A stretch of DNA of 64,000 nt from Felis catus (lineage: Eukaryota). The stretch spans positions 220,846,001-220,910,000 of the forward strand of contig NC_058368.1 in NCBI RefSeq assembly GCF_018350175.1, written 5' to 3'. Below, one piece after another: positions 1 to 11,247 of this stretch (positions are counted from its first letter, which is position 1; every line of letters starts with the position of its first letter). The translations under genes and the position numbers were made by a program. Under the pieces are notes generated by a model. The model saw nothing but the letters and a program-made list of their open reading frames with translations, ran no database searches and was not told where the DNA came from.

Positions 1-62
1 GCCTTTGCCTGAAAATATAATGTCAAAATATCACTACTTTTAGTTTGTTAATTTAGTATTTA

Positions 63-65
<3 letters not shown>

Positions 66-93
<28 letters not shown>

Positions 94-286
94 TGTATTT
101 TAGAGAGAAAGAGAGCATGTGTGTGGTGGGGGGAGGGGCAGAAAGAGAGAGGAACAGAGAATCTTAAGCAGGCTTCCATGTTTAGTGTGGAGCCTGATGC
201 GGGACTCAATCCCATGACCATGGGATCATGACATAAGCCGAAATCAAGAATTGGAATCTTAAGTGACTGAGCTACCCAGGTGCCCC
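66..286 (-). mobile_element. CanSINE (SINEC, older short type)
   Basis: poly(T) 66-94, SINE body, head ends ...CCCAGGTGCCCC; TAATTTAGTAT repeated at 49-59 and 287-297 (TSD). Confidence 0.9.
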
Positions 287-375
287 TAATTTAGTATGTT
301 TTTGATGAAAAAGGTGCAAAAAAAAACATCTATTCTGGCATAAAGTTATAAACTGGACACTATGGTAAATTTGTA

Positions 376-377
<2 letters not shown>

Positions 378-430
<53 letters not shown>
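378..430. repeat. (CA)n microsatellite
   Basis: perfect CA run. Confidence 0.98.
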
Positions 431-432
<2 letters not shown>

Positions 433-724
433 CATTTAACACCTAGGTTACAAATTATTTTCCTGATTTTAAATATTCTTTTCCCGCCCCACATATCTAA
501 AATATCTCACAACCCCCATATCACCTTTTTTTTTTCCCTAGAAAAATCCTGTTCCTCTAAATTTAGACTCTACTTCTCTCTGAAAATCCTTCTGGTCTCC
601 GAGTGTGGTTAGAAATATGTCCTGAGATGCCTACCAAGCTCTGTGTAGTCATTATCATAAGGGAAAACAGATCGTACTCTGCCAGCTTTCTTGATTCCAC
701 ACACGTGAGCACGTACGCATATAT

Positions 725-825
725 ACAGAGGCTGTGAGCTCTTTGTGGGATGGGAATGGATCCTTTATTCCTGTGTTACTAGTATTTCTTAAGTAGTAGA
801 TGCTAAATATTGATTTTGTTGAATT
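725..825 (+). mobile_element. L2 3' end fragment
   Basis: CTGTGAGCTCTTTGTGGG...GTAGATGCTAAATATTGATTTTGTTGAAT resembles the recalled L2 terminus. Confidence 0.5.
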
Positions 826-1089
826 ACACAATAAAAAGGATCAAGAGATGTAATAATGTAAAGTGGTAGAGTGTGAGGAGCTTTATTATTATTATATATT
901 TATTTATTTGCAGTGCATTTGTTGGCTTATTGCTTATTGGTTTTTAACTAGTCCAAAATCTGTATAAATATTTTAGCTATTTTGTGTACTTGCTGAGTGT
1001 CCTTGAACTTGCTAAGCCGATTGAGAGATAATGAATCCTCAGGATAATTATGAGATAAAAATACTCGGCATGTAGACTATGCTACTTAC

Positions 1090-1148
1090 CTTTCAGTTGC
1101 CTTTCTTTTTTCCTTTCAGCCTCTGCACAGATCTCATGAAGCCAGTGT
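1090..1148 (-). CDS. candidate 59-nt internal exon of an unidentified gene (open frame HWLHEICAEAERKKERQLK)
   Basis: minus strand: pyrimidine tract ctttttccttttactgaatgcattgtAG, purine-rich exon, consensus donor AAG|GTAAGT; only one of three frames is stop-free; no partner exon found in the window. Confidence 0.35.
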
Positions 1149-1653
1149 CTACAATGCATTCAGTAAAAGGAAAAAAGTATAATATTTACCTCAATATTAC
1201 TAATATTTCCTGTTGTCCAAATATATTGGTTTTAGTCTAAAATCACTCTTTTAATTATTTCGGTGTTCTAATTCTCTAAATTCAATCAACATGAATATGT
1301 TAGAATGAATGTATTAGACTGCTTAAAATATAATTTTCAGTTTGGCTTAGTGGCATGGCAGACTCCAGCATCTTCCATGTTCTTGAAATGAGATTTTCAA
1401 GTATATCATTGTGAGCCACGCTGACCCCAAGGTAATGTTATGGACTGTGATTTTGTGTCAGTGATGTATTGATTTCAGAAATGACACAAATCTAGTTTTG
1501 ATTGTGGCATCCTTTAACCTGTAACTTCTATGTAACAATGATAAATTTTAAGGTTATAATGTACCTCCTGTTGTCAAGGCTAATCCATCTATACACAACC
1601 AAGAAAGGCTTTCTCCTTAACTTGTGGAAAACTGTGCTTTTTCAATTTAATTA

Positions 1654-2030
1654 ATTGGAGTTGTAATACCCCATGGGGGGGGGAAATATATACACACACA
1701 CATTACATATATATATTACATATGTATATATACATTGATATATATATTACAGTTATATATATTATTTACACTTACATTATTTACATTATTTACAAAAATT
1801 ACTTACATTATTGGAGCTATAATTGCCTATGGGAAATAAATATATATATTTATATATTATATATCTAAATATCTATATGTAATTTATATTGTAATATATA
1901 ATTACAATTGTATATATTATTTACATTTACATTATTTATATTATTTACAATAACTTTATTACATTGGAGTTATAATTGCCCATGGGGGGAATAAATAAAT
2001 AAATAAATAAATGCCCATGGGGAAAATATA
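1654..2030. repeat. degenerate ~155-bp AT-rich minisatellite
   Basis: ATTGGAG(T/C)T.TAAT..CC.ATGGG motif at 1654, 1810 and 1963, partial copy near 2011; spacers made of TTACATTAT and TA repeats. Confidence 0.75.
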
Positions 2031-2215
2031 CATATATATTCATATTATCTACATATGTACATAATTTGCATAGTATCTATACATATTTGTGTGTGTGTGT
2101 GTACAATGCATAATTAATGCACAATGCAATTAGTTTTTGATATTTTTACCTGTATACAGATTTTGAGCCTGAATTTCCCTTTCAATCCACAATGTTATTA
2201 AAAACAAGCATCTTT

Positions 2216-2448
2216 GGGGGCACCTGGGTGGTTCAGTCAGTTAAGCATCCAACTTCACAGTCCGGGTCATGATCTCACAGTTCTTGAGTTCAAGCCCTGC
2301 ATTGGGCTCTGTGCTGACAGCTCAGAGCCTGGAGCATGCTTCAGATTCTGTGCCTCTCTCTCTGTCTGCCCCTCTACCCCTGGCACTCTGTCTCTGTCTG
2401 TCTCTCTCTTAAAAATAAATAAAAATTAAAAAAAAATATTAAAAAAAT
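2216..2448 (+). mobile_element. CanSINE (SINEC_Fc-like)
   Basis: GGGGCACCTGGGTGG head, (CT)n region, A tail; TSD AAAACA(A/G)GCATCTTT. Confidence 0.95.
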
Positions 2449-3239
2449 AAAACAGGCATCTTTAAATGTCAGGGTTTTTACTAGGTACTACTATTTTTAT
2501 AAGTCATCATCAAACATCATTCATAGTACTACCTGAAGTATTTTGGGATTGAGCTGTGAAATACATTAGGACTAAATAAATTTTAAATAGCTTTATTTAA
2601 ATATTATTTAAATCTATTTAAATCTATGAATAACTTTAAACTTTTGCAGATGTGCTGTCTATGAATCTTTAATCCATATTAATCAGGCATGATTTCTGCC
2701 CACCTTGCATGGCATTTTTCACTCATATGTGGTTCTCCCTTTCAGCTAAGTTTAAGTTGAGATTATCACAGAAATATTTGTAACTGGTTTATTAAAAGAC
2801 CTAGGATTTGTCAAATACAAACAGAAATAAACTTTGTTTTTCCTTTCCAGTGGGACTTCTCCATCCACAAATTTTTAGGGTTGATCATTTTACCCTTGAG
2901 TGAAATCAATGGAGAGTGCACAGCTTTTATAATTCATTGCTTTGCTCATTTGATCATTTTCCACCAAACTCTTCAACCTCAACCCCTGGCTTCTGGCAAT
3001 CCACTACACTTTTGAAGACAACTTGTTCTTCAGGGTGGTCTTTTTTTAATGGGGTAAATTTTAGAGACACCAGGTTTATTTCCCATAAGTGTAGAACTAG
3101 AGACCACTTGGGAGTCTGTCTTCCTCATGCACTGTGCTAAAGGCCATCCTATTTACTTGATGGAATGCATTATTAATAACTGCCTATCCTGCTTTCCTCT
3201 CCAAATTTATTCCCTCTCATTTTTAAAAAAACATCTTAT

Positions 3240-3560
3240 CAAATCATAGGGGCCTTCTTGCTGTTCCTTAAATACACATGACTCAGGGATTTTGTACTTT
3301 GTACATAGTTCCCTGTGCCAGAATGATCCCTCAGCACTTCCTATGCAATTCCATTTCTTTTTTCAGGTTTCTACTAAACGATCACTTTTTAAAATTGACT
3401 TTCTCCAGTTACCCTACCTAAAGTAGCACCCCTACCATACCATATCACACATCATCCCCTTATGTCTACTTTCTTATTATATCTTATCTATCACTAGTTT
3501 CTTATCTGTCATTTGAAATTATGTTTGTATAAGGATGTGTTTACTTGTTAGTTTTATGTG
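3240..3560 (+). mobile_element. L2 fragment
   Basis: CCTTCTTGCTGTTCCTTAAATACAC...GTTCCCTGTGCCAGAATG resembles the L2 3' region. Confidence 0.55.
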
Positions 3561-3587
3561 ACCCTGGAGCTGATCACTTGTTTCCCC

Positions 3588-3880
3588 TGTATAATTCAGA
3601 GTTTTCCGAACAACAGCAGCAACAACAACAACAACAACAACAACAAAAGAATCTGTGTGTGCGTTGTGCATGTATGTGTGAGAAAGAGAGAAAGAGAAAA
3701 ATAAAGAAGGGAAGGTGAGAGGAAGGAAGGGAAGAGAAGGTAAGGGTGAGGAAGGGAAGGGATTTAAGGAATTGGCTTACTTGATTATGGTGGCCCACAT
3801 CTCAAAATCTAGACGGTAGACTAGTAGGTTGGATAACCAGGGACTTGAATTTGCAGCTTGAATCCAAAGGCAGTCTGAAG
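3588..3880 (-). mobile_element. MLT2 (ERVL) LTR fragment containing CAA and purine-rich simple repeats
   Basis: GATTTAAGGAATTGGCTTACTTGATTATGG...TCCAAAGGCAGTCTG matches the MLT2 pattern. Confidence 0.65.
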
Positions 3881-3990
3881 ACCATACAAAAACTGGTCTA
3901 ATTTCTGATAAGGGTGTATATGGATATATCGTGTAAGAGTCTGTTTTGTTCTGGTAAATAAGAAATAAAAGTGATTAAAAGTGGGAATGT

Positions 3991-4209
3991 TTATTTATTT
4001 TAAATTTTTTTTAACGTTTATTTATTTTTGAGACAGAGAAAGAGCATGAACGGGGGAGGGTCAGAGAGAGGGAGACACAGAATCTGAAACAGGCTCCAGG
4101 CTCCGAGCTGCCAGCACAGAGCCCGATGCGGGGCTCGAACCCACGGATCGCGAGATCATGACCTGAGCCGAAGTCGACCGGTTAACCGACTGAGCCACCC
4201 AGGCTCCCC
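3991..4209 (-). mobile_element. SINEC_Fc (young, CpG-rich)
   Basis: near-consensus felid SINE lying in the tail of the next SINE. Confidence 0.95.
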
Positions 4210-4210
4210 T

Positions 4211-4417
4211 ATTTTTTTTAAAGTTTATTATTTTTGAGACAGAAACAGGGAGAGTCAGTGGGGGAAGATCAGAGAAAGAGGGGGACAGGATCTGAAGCAG
4301 GCTCTGTGCCGACGGCAGAGAGCCCGATGTGGGGCTCAAGCTCTCAAATTGTGAGATCATGACCTGAGCCAAAATCAAGAGTTGGATATTTAAGTAACTG
4401 AGCCACCCAGGCACCCC
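4211..4417 (-). mobile_element. CanSINE (older)
   Basis: head ends CCCAGGCACCCC; decayed TSD AAAAGTG/TG.AAT.TTT flanks the whole pair. Confidence 0.9.
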
Positions 4418-4689
4418 AAAAGTTGAAATATTTCTATATCAACTTAAATAATTTTTATTATAATTAGGTTGTAGTTCCTTCAGATACAAATTGATGATAT
4501 TTCTGATATATTTATTGTGACAATAGCATTTTATATTATAAACAGAAATTAAAAGAATAGGATAAAATGTTTCTCATTCAAACTTTAACGGTAATCAAAA
4601 ACTGAAATTAGATCAAGTAACTTATTTTCCCTTTTCATCTGTTGTTTCTATATACTGAAAGAAAGAACTAGATTATCTTTATTTCTTAA

Positions 4690-4898
4690 TTTTTTTTAAC
4701 GTTTATTTATTTTTGAGACAGAGAGAGACAGAGCATGAATGGGGGAGGGTCAGAGAGAGGGAGACACAGAATCTGAAACAGGCTCCAGCCTCTGAGCGGT
4801 CAGCACAGGGCCCGACGCGGGGCTCGAACTCACGGACCGCGAGATCATGACCTGAGCCGAAGTCAGCCGCTTAACGGACTGATCCACCCAGGCGCCCC
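4690..4898 (-). mobile_element. SINEC_Fc
   Basis: consensus-like body; perfect TSD TTTATTTCTTAA at 4678-4689 and 4899-4910. Confidence 0.97.
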
Positions 4899-4984
4899 TT
4901 TATTTCTTAAAAATAGGATATAATAGGCTTTTATGTAAACAGTTTCTTCTTTCAGTTTTGCTTTAATTTTACTATAAAATGTGT

Positions 4985-5390
4985 GTAATAATTATCATCA
5001 ATCCCATCAGCTAAAGACCTTGAGGAATACACTTGGCAAATTTGGGTTTATTATTTGCTGCCTTAAGGGAGACGACACCCCCAGAAAACATTGGGTTTCT
5101 CAGAAAGTAGGGGTTGTTAGTGTAGACTATTTGTATGAGTGAGGACATGGAATGAGTCATGGAGTTATCTTGCCAAGGATTTGACAGAAAAAAAGCATGG
5201 AGTTTTTGAAACAGTCAAGAGGTATTATCATTATATCAGATGGGCTCATTTGGAGTTAGTTTTATATACATTTTCTTAATATCTTTATGTTCTGAATCAG
5301 CTAGTGTTATCAACTTGTGTGTTGACTTTGAGTTTAGATAACCTGTGATAGACACTATAACTTAGTATGGCACAGTTTATCTGTTTTACA
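4985..5390. mobile_element. possible ancient LTR relic (family not determined)
   Basis: AAATTTGGGTTTATT...AAGGGAGACGACACC resembles the reverse strand of old ERVL-class LTRs (recall only). Confidence 0.3.
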
Positions 5391-5800
5391 ACTATGGTGC
5401 AGTCCCATTGGAAAATTTCCCTCTTATAGATGAACATTTTTTACTTTATTATTTTTTTAATTTTATCATTTTTTAAATTTATCATTATAGTAATGTAAGG
5501 TTGCTGGAAATATTTAAAGATAAAATATAGGTAAAGCACATGACCCGTGGTAGGCACATAATAAATATCTATATGAAGTTTAGAAATGAACTCATCAATT
5601 ATCAAATACAATATAATAGTAAATAAAATAGGGTCAGTTAAACTGGATAATAAGACTAGAAAATAGAATAGAGAATAGAATCTAAAGCTGATAACAAATT
5701 GCTACAATATCATTAATTGTACCTTGTATGGATATGTTTTAGAAATTTTCATTAAATGACACTGTGTGACTAAAGGAAGTAAATAGACATTGTCTTTAAA

Positions 5801-6010
5801 TAATTTTTTTATTTTTATTTTATTTTTTGAGAGAGAGAGACAGTGTGAGCAGGGGAGGGGCAAAGAGAGAGGGAGACACAGAATCTGAAGCAGGCTCCAG
5901 GCTCTGAGCTGTCAGCACAGAACCAGACGCGGGGCTCAAATCCATGAACCGTGAGATCATGACAGGAGCCAAAGTTGGTTGATTAACCGACTGAGCCACC
6001 CAGGCGCCCC
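5801..6010 (-). mobile_element. SINEC_Fc
   Basis: SINE body with T tail; TSD AGA(C/A)ATTGT(C/T)TTTAA. Confidence 0.95.
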
Positions 6011-6578
6011 AGAAATTGTTTTTAATGTTTTTATTTAATCTAAGGATATGTCAGTATTAGCATGATGTCAGTGCGATGTGCCGTATGGAAATACCAGTCT
6101 ATTCATTTGTGTTTTACAGTTGGAATGGACAAAACCACCAGTTATAGCCAAGTGAAGACTAAAATAAATGTGTATATTCTCAATCACCAGAGGTTTGTAG
6201 GATCAAAATGATAAAAATAGAAAGTCAAACATTCAGTGCTATAAGCCTTCTTTCCCTGTATGTTAACTGTTTTTGCTTTCTTTACCTTATTGTTATTTTG
6301 TAGACCTCATGCACACATGTCTATGAGAAACAGAGGGTTTAGGCTTTCTTTCTCCCAATACTGTTTATCAGTCCCAGGGAAGGGCCCTTTTAAGATCAGC
6401 TTTTAGACTTCACATGGTTGTGAGGAGTTTGGAATATTTTAACAGTCCATTCTTGTGGTCATGCGAACACCTGTGACTCATGGAGGAGTAACGTGTATTA
6501 ATTATCTTGAGACAAATGAAAAGAAACAACAGTACAATGCAGTATGTATAACATATTTTGTATGGGCTCTGTTATAAA

Positions 6579-6580
<2 letters not shown>

Positions 6581-6620
<40 letters not shown>
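6581..6620. repeat. (TG)n microsatellite
   Basis: perfect GT run. Confidence 0.98.
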
Positions 6621-6621
<1 letters not shown>

Positions 6622-7289
6622 TATCCAGGCAAAGAAGTTTTTGAAAGACCATGGCTTTCAGCTGGCGGAAATATAAGCCAAAGTAAAGATCCAGTAAATA
6701 TACAAATTATTGGATTACTGGGTGTTCTTTACACAATAAAAATTATCAAGAACCCTATGTTGGATTTCCATAGAGTAGTGTAAGAAAATACTAAAATGTT
6801 TTTGATTACTCATTATCTCTGTCCCAAAACCTGCTCATTTGGCAAGCATGAATCTAAGGAATTTCCTCATAATATTACCTATTTAGCTCTTCATTTTCCT
6901 CCTCCAAAGAGAAACCAGAAAGGTATACCTTCATGCCTATGGAAATTAGTGGTAATGAGAAAAAAACATTTTTTGTTTAAATAAATCCTTAAGGTATTTT
7001 TTGGGGGGGCGGGGGGTTGGGGAGGGGAGTGCTACAAAAGATCATATTGAATTCTGACATTTAAAAAATCTAAGCAAAAAGAGTATATAGTTCTTTTTAA
7101 TAAGTTATATTTCAAATATTTTAGTTTTATTCTTTCTATAATTTTTAATCTTACTAAAAATACTGATTTAGAGAAAGAATACTTAATTAGCTGTTTTGAA
7201 TTCTTTAATTTTACACTGGGATTAGGTTTTCTTGTAATTCTGGGATAACCAGTTATCTTATTCATCTTCTTCAGTTTATTTGTAGACAC

Positions 7290-7410
7290 TTAAACAGAAA
7301 ATGAAGCCCAGGGAATATAAGTGATTGTTCATGACCAAACAGAATGTCAACAGCAAAGACTAGGTTAGATCTCACGTGATCCCTTCCAAAGCTGGGATCA
7401 TTCCACCTAT
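7290..7410 (-). mobile_element. MIR fragment
   Basis: GAAAATGAAGCCCAGGGAATATAAGTGATTGTTCATGACCAAACAG resembles the MIR core. Confidence 0.45.
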
Positions 7411-8542
7411 ATTCTAAATATTTTCCCTCTTTCCTTAATAGGTGAAGTTAACTGAATACAGCTTCTCTTAGTTTCTACTAAAATGTTTGTATTCTGAATT
7501 CCAATCACCTTTACTTCTCAGGAAAAAAAAAAGACATCAACTTTCTTTACTCTACAACTATACTAATATAAAATCAGTACCATATGGAAAAAATCACATT
7601 CTATACTTTCAACCCATTTGGATTGTAAATGCTTCAGGGTTGTTTCCATATCTTTTCAAAATTGTGTCCTTCTGTCTTGGCTCCGTTCCTAGAACATGAT
7701 AAACACTCAATAACAATGTTTTTGAATGGATTTTTTAAATTCAAAGTCCGTTCTATTTATTTCAGAATACATTATGGTACATATTTAGTTTCTAGGTGAT
7801 AGAATTATCTAAATACATTTTGCTTAGAATTGAATTAAGATTTTTCCTTTTCTGATGTTGTCCTGACTAAAAATTATAGAAGAAAATAGATAATATGAAT
7901 TCTATGGCTTATGCAAAACACAACCTGAGATTAAGTGGTTATCCTATTGATTTGAGTTCAGTCTTTTTGTTGTCTCCTTGAAATAGAGAGCACAATTAGA
8001 TAATAATTCCAAATACTGAGATCAAATTTTTATGGAATTTATTCACTAAATTTATAACTGTGGTACCTGATAATCACATTGAATTATATGATTGGCCTGT
8101 TAAAAATACTTTCCTTTTTAAAATCATAGACCATAGTTTAAATGACTATGTTCCATATAGAAAATGTGAAGTCAAAGAGAAATACTGCCTTTAAAAATGG
8201 CAATATTCTAAAGCCCCAGGTAAATTTTTATATAAAGCTTTGATACAAGAGGAAAATAATATTTTCTTTAAATGTAGTAGATTGTCATTCCCCAGGCTCC
8301 AAACAATATATTTTTAAAGAAATTGTAGGTATAATTTTGTTTAATGCTACTCATCACAGGTGGCTGGATATAATTAGTGTTATTAATTTTGGTTCACAGC
8401 TCCTTGCAAAAAGCAGGATAGGTACATTAAAGATCGGTAAATAAATATTCCACAGTGATTGTGCACTTCAGACTTTAGGTGATTATTATATTATAAAATG
8501 TTCCTTTAAAAAAATAAACTGTGATTTAAATGGGTTATTCTT

Positions 8543-8768
8543 GGGGTGCCTGGGTGGCTCAGGTGGTTAAACATCTGACTCTTCGTTTCGCTCAGCTCAT
8601 GATGTCACAGTTCGTGGCATCCAGCCCTGCGTTGGGCTCTGTGCTGACGGTGTGGAGCCTGCTTGGGATCCTCTCTCTCCCTTTCTCTCTCTGCCCCTCC
8701 GCCACTTGTGTATACGTGCACACTCTCTGTCTCTCTCTCAAAATGGATAAACAACAACAACAACAAAA
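8543..8768 (+). mobile_element. CanSINE with (CAA)n-converted tail
   Basis: GGGGTGCCTGGGTGGCTCAG head, CT region, AAC-repeat tail. Confidence 0.92.
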
Positions 8769-9140
8769 GTTGCTGTTGGAATAATCTATTTTACTCCTGA
8801 GTGGATCTACTATTCTCTTGAGAAGCTGCATCTTGACTTAATTCATTTTTTTTCAGGTTTAGTTGAAAATGCAAATACGATAGTTCCATCAAGTTAAAAA
8901 CATAATGTGTTCATGTTGAAGTGCCATTGTAAAGGAGTCAGCCTAAAATGACTATTGATTAATATTGTCTAATGTTTATATCCAACTAAATGACATTCAG
9001 AATCCAAGCTAATTTCAGTCTTAGATGCATTTATAGACTTCAAAAAAATGGGGTATTCATTTTGTCTTTTTTACATGCAATAACTTAGTATTCAAAAGGT
9101 CTTGTGTTTCTATACAAATTACATTAAACATCAACTCCTA

Positions 9141-9299
9141 GGGGTGCCTGGTTCGAGCCCAGCGTCGGGCTCTGTGCTGACAGCTCTGAGCCCGGAGCCT
9201 GCCTCGGATTCTGTGTGTGGGTGTCTCTCTCTGCCCCTCCACCACTCATGTGCTCTCAATCTCTCTCTCTCAAAAATAAATATTTAAAAAAATGACTTA
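9141..9299 (+). mobile_element. CanSINE with internal deletion of the A-box region
   Basis: GGGGTGCCTGG joined directly to TTCGAGCCC; TSD AAA.ATCAA(C/T)TCCTA. Confidence 0.9.
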
Positions 9300-9330
9300 A
9301 AAAATCAATTCCTAGACAAAATGGATTTTT

Positions 9331-9557
9331 TTTTTTTTAAATTTTTTTTTTTTTTAACGTTTATTTATTTTTGGGACAGAGAGAGACATAGCATGAACGG
9401 GGGAGGGGCAGAGAGAGAGGGAGACACAGAACCGGAAACAGGCTCCAGGCTCTGAGCCATCAGCCCAGAGCCTGACGCGGGGCTCGAACTCACGGACCGC
9501 GAGATCGTGACCTGGCTGAAGTCGGACGCTTAACCGACTGCGCCACCCAGGCGCCCC
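9331..9557 (-). mobile_element. SINEC_Fc, young subfamily
   Basis: diagnostic GCCATCAGCCCAG and CCTGGCTGAAGTC; perfect TSD CAAAATGGATTTTT. Confidence 0.97.
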
Positions 9558-10139
9558 CAAAATGGATTTTTTAAAATCCACAAACACTGGATACAGCATA
9601 GTCTGTTTTTTTCAACATTCCAATTGTAGTCAAATACATGCGATATGTATAAAAATATGTAAGTGTATTCTGAAATTTCTTGTGTATATAAAATTATACA
9701 AATACATTTAATGAGTACTGTATACCCACCACCTGTCTTAAGGAATAAAATACTACATACTAAGTTGAAGTCTCCTAAGTGCATATTACATGTTCTCCTT
9801 CCCTTTCCATCAGAATGCATTTCTAGATTCCTGTTTTAAACATATTAAAGTTTACAAAATGGATTTTTAATTTTCCCATCCTTCTTCAAACTGGATTTAT
9901 CATTCAATATAATTTTCTAGTAATTTATCCATTTTACAACTGCAGTTCAATTTTATACATTTTGACTGTTAGATACTTCCATTGTATGCATTATGGTATT
10001 TAGCCATTCACTTGCTGATTTATTTCTAACTGCAAATGAAACTGCTATAAAGGTTCTTACACATATCTTTCTGTATCTGTACAAGCATTTTTTAGGATAC
10101 CTAGAAGTAGCATTATGTATATATGGTATGCACATTAAA

Positions 10140-10364
10140 TTTTTTTATTTTATTAAAATATTTTTTAATGTTTATTTTTGAGATAGAGACAGAGCGCAAG
10201 CAGGGGAAGGGCAGAAGGAGAGAGAGGTAAACACAGACTCCTAAGCAGGCTCCAGGCTCTGAACTGTCATCACAGGCCGGACTTGGGGCTCAAACCTAGG
10301 AGCCGTGAGATCATGATCTGAGCTGCAGTAGGACGTTTAACCAGTGGAGCCACCCAGGTGACCC
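10140..10364 (-). mobile_element. CanSINE
   Basis: T tail, body, head CCACCCAGGTGACCC. Confidence 0.9.
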
Positions 10365-10380
10365 TGATGGGTACATTTTT

Positions 10381-10471
10381 AAAGTAGGCTCCAAGCCCAA
10401 CTTGGGGCTTGAACTCAGGACCCTGAGATCAAGAGTCCAGATGCTCTGTGGACTGATCCAGCCATGTGCCC
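10381..10471 (-). mobile_element. short old CanSINE
   Basis: GTAGGCTCC...GGGGCTTGAACTCAGGACCCTGAGATCAAGAGTC...GTGCCC. Confidence 0.8.
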
Positions 10472-11198
10472 TTGATATGCACATTTTTAAATGCATATAT
10501 ATTAAAATTACTCTCTAAATTAGGTATGGCAAGTGATATACTCATTCACATTGTTTAAGAGTCCCCATTGTTCTACATCTTGCTAGTACTTGGAAACTAG
10601 GTGTTTTTTGTTTTGTTTTGTTTTATCTTGTTTTTGTTTTGCCCTAATGATAGTTAAACTGCATCCTTTTGTGATTTTTACTTTCCCTGACTATAATAAG
10701 ATTCAGCATTTTCTCAGAAGTTTATTGGCCATTTTGGTTCCCCTTTCTTAAATTACCTTATTATACTCTTTGCCCATTTTTTTCAACTTTATTTTCAAAT
10801 GTTTCATTTTAAATTTGTAGAAATCCCTTACTCAGTTTAATAATCCCTTATTTTAATGTTTAAACCTTAGATGACTTTATGAGATATTTTTTTATGCTTC
10901 GTGATATGTGTATCTTGACAAAGAATTATGCATACTCTAAGGACATAGATATATTATCTTTGCTTCTAAAAGTTTTGAAAATTTGCTTTTATGCACATAG
11001 ATCTTTATTTTAGTGGTATATAATTGCAAAAATAGATTTTAAAAACCTATTACAGGTGGAATTGTCTTATAAAATTTTGTACAAGAAATCTGTGATATGT
11101 GATGTATTCAGTTCCTAGTGCATTCATCACCAGATTTTAAAATGATTAAACATGTTAGTAAAATATTTAATACTTCAATGCGCATACAATAAAGTCGC

Positions 11199-11200
<2 letters not shown>

Positions 11201-11246
<46 letters not shown>
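11201..11246. repeat. (TG)n microsatellite
   Basis: perfect run. Confidence 0.98.

Positions 11247-11247
<1 letters not shown>

Larger units (their letters stand above)
9860..11030 (-). mobile_element. ancient L1M 3' region, interrupted by SINEs
   Basis: TTCCATTGTATG..., GAGTCCCCATTGTTCTACATCTTGCTAGTACTTGG and TTTATTGGCCATTT are typical L1M reverse-strand motifs. Confidence 0.7.

Noticed and set aside
1654..2030. CRISPR-like repeat-spacer array
   Set aside because: Mammalian DNA; repeats are degenerate, spacers are similar low-complexity sequence, and there are no cas genes.
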